Assembly: GCF_004010195.1 (NCBI RefSeq)
Contig: NC_057717.1
Location: forward strand, 105,169,927-105,233,926
Length of the DNA stretch: 64,000 nucleotides
Origin: Chiloscyllium plagiosum
Taxonomy: Eukaryota
Direction: 5' to 3'
Shown here: piece by piece, positions 25,092 to 35,850 of the stretch
Layout of the letters: each line of letters opens with the position of its first letter
Position numbering within the stretch: position 1 is the stretch's first letter
Translations under genes and position numbers: made by a program
The notes under the pieces: generated by a model
Told to the model about the DNA's origin: nothing
The model's input: the letters and a program-made list of their open reading frames with translations, nothing else
The model's database searches: none

Positions 25092-25741
25092 NNNNNNNNN
25101 NNNNNNNNNNNNNNNNNNNNNNNNNNNNNNNNNNNNNNNNNNNNNNNNNNNNNNNNNNNNNNNNNNNNNNNNNNNNNNNNNNNNNNNNNNNNNNNNNNNN
25201 NNNNNNNNNNNNNNNNNNNNNNNNNNNNNNNNNNNNNNNNNNNNNNNNNNNNNNNNNNNNNNNNNNNNNNNNNNNNNNNNNNNNNNNNNNNNNNNNNNNN
25301 NNNNNNNNNNNNNNNNNNNNNNNNNNNNNNNNNNNNNNNNNNNNNNNNNNNNNNNNNNNNNNNNNNNNNNNNNNNNNNNNNNNNNNNNNNNNNNNNNNNN
25401 NNNNNNNNNNNNNNNNNNNNNNNNNNNNNNNNNNNNNNNNNNNNNNNNNNNNNNNNNNNNNNNNNNNNNNNNNNNNNNNNNNNNNNNNNNNNNNNNNNNN
25501 NNNNNNNNNNNNNNNNNNNNNNNNNNNNNNNNNNNNNNNNNNNNNNNNNNNNNNNNNNNNNNNNNNNNNNNNNNNNNNNNNNNNNNNNNNNNNNNNNNNN
25601 NNNNNNNNNNNNNNNNNNNNNNNNNNNNNNNNNNNNNNNNNNNNNNNNNNNNNNNNNNNNNNNNNNNNNNNNNNNNNNNNNNNNNNNNNNNNNNNNNNNN
25701 NNNNNNNNNNNNNNNNNNNNNNNNNNNNNNNNNNNNNNNNN
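25092..25741. other. Assembly gap (N)
   Basis: Run of N. Confidence 1.
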
Positions 25742-25859
25742 TTCAGAAAGCCAAGCCTCCAGCTCTCCAAACCCTATTTGCTCTTATACAAGAGACATTT
25801 TCTGGGAGAGGTATATTTAATGTTAAGCATTCATCTCAAACAGAAACTCTGTGGACCCA

Positions 25860-26045
25860 CAGCCATATTTAGACAACAGGGTTGAACTAGTTTCCTTCTT
25901 GAGAGCAACTATGATGTTTTCTAGATTCCACTTGGATGGGAATATATCAGTGCCAATAAAAATATTGTAGGCCAACTTCAGAACAAGTTCCTTCAAAAGT
26001 TCTTTAAGAAGTCAAGCATTCATGTAATCAGGGCTTTGAAGGCAG
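25860..26045 (-). mobile_element. Very old non-LTR RT pre-core fragment
   Basis: Minus frame SPDYMNA*LLKELLKELVLKLAYNIFIGTDIFPSKWNLENIIVALKK resembles the LINE SPGPD..LLKE..IF...P..WK.A.I....KK motif. Confidence 0.5.
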
Positions 26046-26149
26046 CCTGGAATTGAAAAAGAATATTCAAGAATCTTTCATTAATCTTGGTTTGACCCAG
26101 TCACTGAAGGGATATGAATTTCAAAATCTAATTCAGCAAAATCTAATTT

Positions 26150-27950
26150 AGAACTCTTCCACATGCAACATGTGTAGGATGTCACCTTGGCAATTAGGGA
26201 GATTGGACCCAGTGTTAGCATCCCCCTGATTATTAAACTGTGACCCCAGGTTCTAGACTTCCCAAGCAGGAGGAATATCTTACCTGCGTGTACATTGTCT
26301 ATATCTTTAAGGATTTGTAAGTTTCAATTCAGTCTCCTCTCATTCTTTAAAAGTCTAGAGATCACCATAGAACCATAGGAATGATACAGCACAGAAGGAG
26401 GCCATTTGGTCCATCTTGTCCATGCTGACCAAAAGACACTGAGATTCCCTTTCTAATCCCAGCTTCCTGCATACGCACCATAGAAATATAGGTACAGCAC
26501 TTATGGTGCAGATCCAGGTACTCTTAAAAAAGTTTAGGACTCCACTGCTAACTCAGGCAGGGAATTTCAGACATGCACCACCCTCTGTATAAAAAGGTTT
26601 TTCCTAACATCCCCTTTAATCCTTCTGCCACTTAGCTTGAATCTATGAACACTGGTTTTTGAACTCTCTGCCAAGGGAAACAGGTTCCTCCTGTCTACTC
26701 TATCTCTACCTCTCACATACATCAATCATATCACCCCTCAGCCTTCCCTGTTCCAAGGAAAACAACCACAACTTCTCTAATTTTTCCTCATAGCTACAAT
26801 TCTCCAGCCCTGGTAACAATCTTTAAAGCTTCTCTGCAATCTCTCCAGAGCAATTACATCATATCTGTAATGTGATGTCCAGAACTGCCCACAGTCCGGT
26901 TGTGGTCTCACCAGTGTCTTATACAGTTTCATCATTATATCCTTACTTTTGTATTTTATACTGTAACTCTGCTGATGAAGGAGAGATTCCATATGCCTTC
27001 TCTACAACCTTATTTATCTGTGCTGTTACCTTTCGGGATTTGTGTATTTGCATGCCAAGGTCTCTCACTTCATCTACCCCTCTCAATATATTCCCATTGA
27101 TTGTGTGTTCCCTTTTACTGTTTGACCTTCCTAAATGCATTACTTCACACTTATCAGAGTTGAACTCCATTGCAACTTTCCTGCCCACTCCATAAACCCA
27201 TCTATATAATTTTTGGAGCTCACACCCAGTTTGCCCAATCTCTCTTTTTAGGATAGGCGACTGACTGTGTGGAGTTTGCACGTTCTCCCCGTGTCTGCGT
27301 GGGTTTCCTCCGGGTGCTCCGGTTTCCTCCCACAGTCCAAAAGATGTGCAGGGTCAGGTGAATTGGCCATGCTAAATTGCCCGTAGTGTTAGGTAAGGGG
27401 TAAATGTAGGGGTATGGGTGGGTTTCGCTTCGGCGGGTCGGTGTGGACTTGTTGGGCCGAAGGGCCTGTTTCTACACTGTAATGTAATCTAATCTAATAA
27501 AGATAGCTTGGAAACAGGCTGGTGAGCCTTTGTTCCACACCCTGTATGGCAATAATATCTTTCCTGAGATAAGGAGACCAAAGCCACATGCAGTACTCCA
27601 GGTGCAGTTTGACCAAACTCCAAACAACTGAAGCAAGACTTCATTACTCCTGTACTCAAACCCTCTTGCCTTAAAGGCTAACATTCCAGAAGCCTTCCTA
27701 AAATTATGCTGCACCTGCATGTTAGTCTTCAGTGACTTATTGAGTCAGACATCCATGTCCCTTTGCACATCTACAATTTCCTCTCACTACTTAGGAAATA
27801 TTCTGCACATCTGTTTTTCTGACAAAATGGTTAGCCTCACACTTTATTAGATTATATTCCACCTGCCCAGTTGTTGCCAAATCACCAAGCCTATTCAAAG
27901 CCTCCTGAAAATGTTTCACAATACACATTCCTTCTTAGCTTTGTACCATG
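26150..27950 (-). mobile_element. Cluster of nested CR1 3' fragments
   Basis: MEFNSDKCEVMHLGRSN, KLYKTLVRPQ..QFWT, GMLAFKARGFEYRS; 3' tail at ~26365. Confidence 0.85.
27255..27497 (+). mobile_element. Young 5'-truncated HE1-type SINE
   Basis: CpG-intact body tgtgtggagtttgcacgttctccccgtgtctgcgtggg... with a (taatc)n tail. Confidence 0.9.
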
Positions 27951-29419
27951 CAGTACTTTTTGTTTCATTTCAGATTTTTAGCAAATAGTGTATTTCGCTT
28001 TTATGTCATTGTATCATAATTATTCTGGTCACGTAGACTGAGTGCCAGAAATGCTTTCTATTAAGTCAGGCCTTCCTGATTTAAACAAATAGTATTTTTG
28101 AATAACAAGTCTGTTGCTAAAAAATTTTATAAAAGAATATCTAAGGATGAATACAAGGTGATTATTTTTAAGAAGATCTACACAACACATATTAGCTGCC
28201 TGTGTCACTCCAAATACACTGTACAGGAGATGCAGAGATTTGTGGCAAAGATGAAGCATCTGAGGCAGAGCAGCAGCTCTATATGATTAAGAAACATCCA
28301 TGCAGCCCCCCTTTTAGGTGAAGCACGAAAGACTCAGTGTTGAAATATTGATTCCTGCCTGTTTTCTGTGCGTCACTACCTGTAATTTGAGGATAGTAGA
28401 ATACAGGAGCAATATGAATGAGTGGTATTACAAGAGAAAGTTCTCATCTGGTTACTGGGGAAAGCAAAACTCAGTTGTTGAATTTACCCTACAAAGCTGC
28501 AAGAATATATTAAAATCAATACATTTTCAGCAATTAAAAATAAGGAAAACGACAGTAAACAGGATTGAGACAGAAACAAAAAGAAAAACAAAAATGGATA
28601 AAACATGATTTGAGAGGAAATTCAGGAAACAGTTCGAGTGAAATGGACAGACAGAGCTTTGAAGTGAAAAGCTGAATTAACGAAAGGAACCCAAGGGTAA
28701 AAAAAAAACTCACAGAGTAAGAAAGGAAACAAAGATTGACAAACACGGAGGAAATCCAAAAAAAGAACAGAGAAAAATCGTCACAGTGAGAGTAAGCTGA
28801 ACCACATAAATGGGTGAACTTAGGCCATCTGGTATATTAAAATGAAAATGACTTCAAACCTTAACTTAGCAAACTATGAACTTGATCACTTCTGATTTTC
28901 AGATGGTGGGATCCTGGAGGTAGGGATAGCTAAGTAGGCAAACAACCCATTAATTTAAATATTTTAATACAGTACATGCCCCATATTGTATCTGATAGCA
29001 CTAACCATGGTTGGCCAGATTCCTGAGCCTTGGTAAAACATTTTTTTTTGTAATTTAACCTATTTTTCCTAAACAACCTGTTCAGAAATGCTATTACTCA
29101 TGTCTGGAGCAAGTGGGACTTGAACCCAAGTCTCTCAGTCTAGGAGTAGGGGCATGACCACTCAAGGACCCACCCAACAGCTAAATACAACCTCCTAATC
29201 ATGGCCAGATCTCTCTCCACAACCCAAGATCAATCCTCATTCATCACCCATGCCATCCAAGTCCAGAAACAGCAAATCTGAAAGCAATGAGATTATTAGG
29301 GTTGTAGTAGCAGCAGGGAATGGGAAATCTGGCTGGTCACTGATTTATGATCTCCATAGAAACTAATAACTTTTAAAGGAAAGGAATCCCTACACATGCA
29401 ATGGAAAGAAAGCTAATGA

Positions 29420-29767
29420 TCGGTGATTCAGTGGTTAGCACTGCTGCCTCACAGTGCCAGGGACCTGGGTTTGATCCCATCCTCGAGTTACTATGTGGTG
29501 TTTGCACGTTCTCCTCATGTCTGCATGGGTTTCTGCTGGTGCTCTGGTTTCCTCCCGCAGTCCAAAGATGTGCAGGCTGGGTGGACTGTCCATGATAAGT
29601 TGCCCACAATGACCGGAGATGTGTAGCTTAGGTGGATTAGCCATGGGAAATGCAGTCTTACAGGGAAAGGTAAGGGGGGTGAGAATGGATGAGATGCTTT
29701 TCAGAGAGTCAGCATCGACTTGTTGGGCCGAATAGCCTATTTCCACACAGTAAGGATTCTATGATTT
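29420..29767 (+). mobile_element. HE1-type SINE
   Basis: cagtggttagcactgctgcctcacagtgccagggacctgggtttgatccc head, body and attctatg tail. Confidence 0.85.
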
Positions 29768-30617
29768 CACTTTATAACTTTTTATCTGTAAAGGTTATCT
29801 TATGTTGATTAACAGGTTGATTAACAGGTGAAGGATATTCAAATAAAATAAAATTTCACTTTAAATAGTTACAAACATTACTTCCTGCAGAAATCCCATT
29901 GCAATTGCTGCATTTGCAACTAAGTCAACAATATACTGCATCTCTCACTTCCCATTCAATTGTTCTGGCCCCAAATCACATTCACCTGCAGCCATATTCC
30001 ATCCAAAATCCCTAAACATAGTTAGCACCAACAACCTGGCTCAGATTCCCAGAGACTTACTTCTCTGACCCCTTCAAATCATCCAATTGATTCTGGCAAC
30101 ACTCAGATTGCAGTCTTGTACAATCACAATCCCTTATCCTTTTCAACTATATAACTTATGTAGTAACACAGTTGTCACTCTATTCTGAGACCCACTCCAT
30201 CATCAAGGTGAGTTTTGAACTGCCAAACTGAAAATGATCCATTCAAAAAGAAATTTGCTTGCTTCCTTGCACACAAATTCTCAATCTGTTCCAAACTTCC
30301 AGTCAGAAAGACAGACTGAACCCCATTACCACTGCAATTAGTTTTCTAGTTACCCTTTAGAATTCTTAGCTGTTTATCCTTGTGATAACCTCAGGTCACA
30401 AAAGCACTCTTGAAATCTAAAAAGATCATAATCAGGGAACCATTTAAACCTCTTTTTGGATTATGTACTTAATCTTGGTTTTAAAGTGGTCATAGCACAT
30501 TAAAAAATGCAGGTTTATCTTCATGCACATGGATCAACAACTGTTAAACTTGCAATTTGGTTAAATCAGAAGCTGTGAGCATCAGGAAAATATCTAATTG
30601 GCAAATTATTTTCTGGA

Positions 30618-30760
30618 GACAAAACAAAACTGCAAATGCTGGAATCGTTGGTAGACAAGCAGGAGGCTGGAAGAACACAGCATTACACCCGAAACGTTGA
30701 CTTTTCCACCTCCTGATGTTGCCTGGCTTGCTATGTTCATCTAGCCTCCTGCTTGTCTAC
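30618..30760. mobile_element. Fold-back PLE pLTR mini-element with 16-bp TSD CAAATTATTTTCTGGA
   Basis: Arms gtagacaagcaggaggctggaagaacacagca / tgctatgttcatctagcctcctgcttgtctac. Partial hammerhead 'cccgaaacgtt'. TSD at 30602-30617 and 30761-30776. Confidence 0.8.
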
Positions 30761-31544
30761 CAAATTATTTTCTGGAAGAGGTTGACTGACTTTTTGTGAT
30801 GAAACCAGAGGGAGGTAGGTTTGGATAGTTTTGAGATTTTGGTTTCAGACTTTACCCTATCTTTCCCACTTTTGGGTAGTTAAAGTTTGCCACATTGAAT
30901 CTTACAGGACCGAATGAGCCAACGTGCTTATGCTGACTCTTCAATAAAGTAATGCAAGTTATTCCAACAACATACAAACACTTTTTAATCATAATCTTTC
31001 TAGTTGGTCTTCTTCATACACATGTTCACTTGCCTTTTGAAAACTCTTAGAGAATCAGATTTCACCACCCTTTCAGCTATTGCATTCCAGATCATAATAT
31101 GTAATGGTGTGAAAATAATCCCCATTGCCCCTCTATGTTTTTTCCCAATAAGTTTAAAAGTATAGCCTCTAGTCACTCATCACTTGCCTGAGGAAAGAGT
31201 TTCTTCCTGGTGAGTCACAGGGAAAAGGGAGAGACAGAACACAAATTCATGTGGCAGGCATAATATATCACAGAGAAAGGGAAAGAAATGGATAGAATCA
31301 CAACACAGTGATATCTGACAGACAGAAAGGCAATTTAGAATTATTTGTGACAGGAGAGAGAGATGGATAATCAAATAACATAAAATAACAAAAGAATACA
31401 TCGGAGATATACATAAGAAATGAAGTGATGTGTAACAGTCACAACTTGGCATGAACTTGGATGACAAAGAGAGAAAAACAAACAGGATGCAGGATAAAGA
31501 CTGAAAAAGAAAAGCAAACACAAAATAGAGAGACAATATCAATA

Positions 31545-32825
31545 ATTTACATTTATATAGCCACTTTAAGCCACTTCACAAGTTTTCTATAAAGCAAAAT
31601 TAAATATAAGATAATTTTAAGGCAGTTGGCAAAATACTTGGTCAAGTGGTGAGTTTGAAGGAGCATTTCAAGGGGAAATAAAGAGGTAGATAAGTAATGA
31701 GATGCAATTCCAGAGTTTGGAACCTTGGCAGCTAAAAGCACAAAAGGCAAAATCAACATTGGTGGTGCAATTAAAATCAACAATACGTAAGAGGCTATAA
31801 TTAGGTAAGCATAGAAACGTGTCAGATTGGAGAAATTTACAGAGATGGAGAGAGGCAAGACAATCAAGGGCTTTGAAAACAAGGACCAGAATTTTAAAAT
31901 TTATTCATTACTTAATTTGGAGCTTGTGATCAACAAACATAGCAGCGATGACTGAACAGACTTGGAAAAAATAAGAACATGTGCAGCAGAGTTTTAGATA
32001 ACCTCAAATTTAGAGAGGGCAAAATGTTGGAGGCCAGTAAAGAGTGTATTAGATTACATCTGAAAAAGTCCAGTTGTAATAGTTATATTTTAACAGAATA
32101 AAATCATTCGCGTACAGAATGGAGTCTGGTACAAAAGCAAAACTAGTTTAATCTGAATCAGTTTACAGACACAAATGCAAATTGCCATAGGAGTAACAGT
32201 AACAAATGCAAAGGTGTTGTTTCCAGCAGAAGTTCAACTAGGATAGGACAAGCTAAGTTATCAGAAATGGAAAGTTTTAATGATGGTGCAGATATATGGA
32301 TGGAAGCTCGCTGTGGTATCAAATAATATCAAGGTTGAAAACAGTTTAATTTAGTCTCAGACAGTGGCCATGGACTGGAATGGAGTTCAAAGCTAGGGAA
32401 AGGAATTTGGATCTAAGGATCAATGACAAGTTCTTTGAAGTTACCAATCATTTAAATCAGAAAAATATTCTACTTATTCAGATAACCAGTCTAGTAATTT
32501 AATAACAGTACAGAGCTGAGTGAGGTGGTGGTGAGATGTGTGTATGTACACAATGACAACATCTAGCTCTAATGTTATGATTTTGAACAATGTTCCCAGC
32601 CTGTGGATGAAAAATAAAAAAAAATCAAGCATTGATCTTTGGGCGTCAAAGGGAACAAATGGAGCAGGAACAGAACCAATTTCAGGTGACACTTAGAATG
32701 AACAAATAGAATACGCTACAACAGTGCCATCCTGCTGGATGATAAAGGAGAGGTGTTGGAGAAGGCTTGTATAGTCAACATTGTTAAAGAGTGCAGACAG
32801 GTTGAGAAAGATGAGAATGGATTGA
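31545..32825 (-). mobile_element. Ancient L2-like LINE remnant
   Basis: 3' terminus-like 'catttatatagc' at ~31550. Near 32770-32815 the minus strand gives an LLNLSALFNNVDY-like RT motif. Heavily decayed. Confidence 0.45.
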
Positions 32826-33061
32826 TTACCTTTATGAACACGTGTGAGTGTATGTATGCATGCACTTTTGTGTGTGCTTCTCAGAAAGATGGATACAGAT
32901 TGTGCATATTACAAATAGATATGCACATATATCCAAACCCACCCACAGAATCAGAAAGGCAGAAACAGAGAAAGGCAGGATGCATGTGTTTATCCAGATT
33001 AGCAGACCAAACAGTGATGAAGGAAAACAATGGCCAGAAGAGGTCAAAAATGTATGTTTCA
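32780..33061 (+). repeat. 282-bp segment duplicated at 35300-35581 (donor copy)
   Basis: Two mismatches over 282 bp; offset 2520 bp. Confidence 0.95.
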
Positions 33062-34077
33062 CATCCTTTAAAGAAGGCATGAAGAGCAGAAATGTATCTC
33101 CAAGATCACATGGGGACCTTGTGGCTTTCTGGCTGGGTTTAATTGAGGTCCATAAGTTTAATTGCAGCATGCTTCATTCCTAGAACAGCAAATGAGTTTA
33201 CATTACTGCTTCCTACCTGACCTAAACTAGTCCAGGTCAAAAGCAGAGCCACAGACTTAGCAAATGGAAATATAGTCACAGCAGGAGAAAACTTTAGATT
33301 GCCGATCTCATCTTTGGGGGAAATTGCAAAATAGCAGACACGGGTTTAAATCATTTACTGTCACTTCTTTTTATGCACACAATAAGCAAATAGGATTCCT
33401 GTCATGAATAGACAAATTTCATCACTATATACAAATTGGAATTCTACAACCCAGCATACAATGCATAAGTTATTGAAAAACCAGTGCTTTATAAAAAAAA
33501 TGTGCTGAAGACTGGTTAGAAAATAATAATAAATTTGGTGGATTATCTTTTTAAGGTATAAGGAAGGGTTTGGTGCCTCTGCTAAAATCCTCATATCTTT
33601 TTCCTTACCTTCCACTAATTCCATCCCTCTTAAAATGAACTATGAGGATGTCTCCACAATTGATCTACCGAGTCCAGACTTGCCCCTTCCATAGACAAAT
33701 AAGTAGTGTGAACCAACCTGTTTGGTCATGTTATGAGATGTTTTGACACAAGTGAGACTTGAACTCAGACTTTCTGGCCAGGGACCTTATCATTGTGCCA
33801 CAAGAGCCCTGCCATGTACAGGAATTATGCCTCTGAACACCTGTTTGGCACTAGCATTATATGAAAATTGTTTGAAGAAAGACTGATCACAAAATAGTTT
33901 GGCCTGCAGCAAGTTCCATTGGCATTTTCTGCATCAAAATAAATAATGAGTGTGTTTAACAGACAGATAGTTTAGGGTAAAGTCTTCTAGGAGAAAGTGA
34001 GGACTGCAGATGCTGGAGATCAGAGCTGAAAATGTGTTGCTGAGCAGGTCAGGCAGCATCCAAGGAGCAGGAGAATC

Positions 34078-34105
34078 GACGTTTCGGGCATGAGCTCTTC
34101 TTCAG
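34078..34105 (-). ncRNA. Minimal hammerhead ribozyme motif (minus strand)
   Basis: Reverse complement CUGAAGA-A-GAGC(UCAU)GCCC-GAAA-CGUC; one mismatch in stem II. Confidence 0.7.
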
Positions 34106-34109
34106 GCTC

Positions 34110-34137
34110 CTGAAGAAGGGCTCATGCCCGAAACGTC
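34110..34137 (+). ncRNA. Minimal hammerhead ribozyme motif
   Basis: CUGAAGA-A-GGGC(UCAU)GCCC-GAAA-CGUC: intact core, perfect 4-bp stem II, palindromic ACGU stem III. Confidence 0.8.
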
Positions 34138-34206
34138 GATTCTCCTGCTCCTTGGATGCTGCCTGACCTGCTGCGCTTTTCCAGCAACACATTTTCAGAT
34201 AGTTTA

Positions 34207-34495
34207 GGGTGGCTTGGTGGCTCAGGGGTTAGCACTATAGCCTCACAGCACCAGGGACCAGGTTCGATTCCAGTCTCAGGTGACTGTCTGTGTGGAGTCT
34301 GCACATTCTCCCCATGGGTTTCCTCCCACAATCCAAAAGATGTGCAGGTTGGGTGGATTGGCCATGCTAAATTGCCCATAGTGTTAGGTGCGTTTGTCAG
34401 AGGGAGTTGGATCTGGGTGGATTACTCCTTGGAGAGTTGGTGTGGGCCTGTTGAGCCAAATGGCTTGTTTCCGTACTGTAGGGAATTTAATCTAA
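34207..34495 (+). mobile_element. HE1-type SINE
   Basis: ggtggctcaggggttagcacta..gggaccaggttcgattcc head, body and taatctaa tail. Confidence 0.85.
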
Positions 34496-35013
34496 ACATG
34501 CAATGTATGTAAAAAGTGTGTGCATTACATATATATCCACTAAGTCCTTATGTTCTTCTCTCTCTGACATTCATTCTGTTTCATTGGATATGTAAGAGGG
34601 ACTCAACACCAACTAGCATTTATATAGCAGCATTAACTTAATAAAATACCCTACGGCACTAACCATAACCAAACAAAATGTGACACCAAATCACAAAGAG
34701 ATAATAGGACAGATAATCAAAACCATAGTCAAGTAGCATCTTAGAAGTTATTTTGTCAACTTATAGGAACTGAGGTAGTACTGTATCAACATTTATTGCA
34801 TATAGAAAGCAAAGAAATTAAATTTTCAGTTATTCAGTCCAATGTAGATCTGAGCTTGGATTATTAGTACATTTGACTCATCCTGGTCCCACAGAGGTAA
34901 AATTTGAAGATGGATCTGATGAATAAAATCAGAGGTACAAGATGTCAATTTTGCATCATCACAGTGATTGTGCCTCCTAGCAATGTTGACAGAGCAAGAT
35001 GATCATCAGGTTA

Positions 35014-35152
35014 CCCTTCTTCTTCCTGAAGAAGGGCCTGTGCCCGAAACGTCGAATCTCCTGTTCCCTGGATGCTGCCTGACCTGCTGTGCTGTTCCAG
35101 CAATAAAGTTTCAACTTTGATCTCCAGCATCTGCAGACCTCACTTTCTCCTC
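35014..35152 (+). mobile_element. PLE pLTR 3' end with vestigial inverted arm
   Basis: cccttcttc-ttcct-gaagaaggg mini-inversion, then the pLTR ending gatctccagcatctgcagacctcactttctcc. Confidence 0.85.
35026..35053 (+). ncRNA. Minimal hammerhead ribozyme motif
   Basis: UUC-CUGAAGA-A-GGGC(CUGU)GCCC-GAAA-CGUC-GAA. The flanks UUC/GAA can form stem I. Confidence 0.8.
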
Positions 35153-35299
35153 ATAGTTGATTCTAACAGTAGGGTCCTGAATCTAAATAAAGAAAGCTAC
35201 AATGGCATGAGCTATGATAAATTGGGGAATGTTACTTAAAGGGATGATGGTGAAGAGGCAATAACAAACATCTAAAGAGTGCAAGGCAGAACTGCAGCA

Positions 35300-35581
35300 A
35301 TTGTTAAAGAGTGCAGACAAGTTGAGAAAGATGAGAATGGATTGATTACCTTTATGAACACGTGTGAGTGTATGTATGCATGCACTTTTGTGTGTGCTTC
35401 TCAGAAAGATGGATACAGATTGTGCATATTACAAATAGATATGCACATATATCCAAACCCACCCACAGAATCAGAAAGGCAGAAACAGAGAAAGGCAGGA
35501 TGCATGTGTTTATCCAGATTAGCAGACCAAACAGTGTTGAAGGAAAACAATGGCCAGAAGAGGTCAAAAATGTATGTTTCA
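35300..35581 (+). repeat. Derived copy of 32780-33061 inserted in a CR1
   Basis: See donor copy. Flanked on the left by CR1 ORF2 and on the right by a PLE fragment. Confidence 0.95.
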
Positions 35582-35850
35582 GGCCAAACAAGGACATGCA
35601 CAGGAATTCCTAGAGACCTGGCATTCAAAGAGGAACTTCATTAACAAACATATAGATTTGCACCCCATTTACCAGCTCTCAGAAACAGAACTGGCAATAA
35701 TATCAAATACCACAATAAACCAAGACACATAAATAGTAAACAGGACAGAACACCATCGCTTCACTAGAGGCTCACTGATGATGTTACCTAGCATAGTGAC
35801 AAAACGTCTGAAAACAAACCCACCAGCTCAGTGAGCAAACTGACATCCTG
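35582..35850 (+). mobile_element. Poseidon-type PLE 3' fragment with decayed hammerhead (35775-35808)
   Basis: QAKQGHAQEFLETWHS (GIY-YIG C-terminus). CUGAUGA-UGUUAC..GUGAC-AAAA-CGUC, with GAAA mutated at a CpG. Confidence 0.8.

Larger units (their letters stand above)
33991..34198. mobile_element. Fold-back PLE pLTR mini-element with two back-to-back hammerhead cores
   Basis: Arms ~34026-34106 and 34109-34198 are near-perfect inverted repeats (9-bp deletion and 1 mismatch in the left arm). Direct repeat CAGATAGTTTAGGGT at 33964-33978 and 34196-34210. Confidence 0.9.

Noticed and set aside
25010..25885. Long ORFs of 186-291 aa spanning N runs (also 53144-53985 and 5808-6464)
   Set aside because: Their length is an artefact of translating N gaps.
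25830..26075. Minus-strand exon candidate after a strong acceptor (ttctttttcaattccag)
   Set aside because: All three frames stop within ~35 nt, and the downstream peptide resembles an old LINE pre-RT motif.
28029..28400. Unique-looking sequence with short ORFs and a possible minus-strand acceptor
   Set aside because: No recognisable protein and no convincing donor site, so an exon call is unsupported.
31180..31882. Hydrophobic minus-strand ORFs
   Set aside because: Products of purine-rich low-complexity and decayed repeat sequence, not membrane-protein genes.
32753..33183. Duplicated 109-121 aa ORFs (also 35279-35644) as a possible gene pair
   Set aside because: They arise from the 282-bp DNA duplication, are open in several frames, include simple-repeat sequence and show no recognisable domain.
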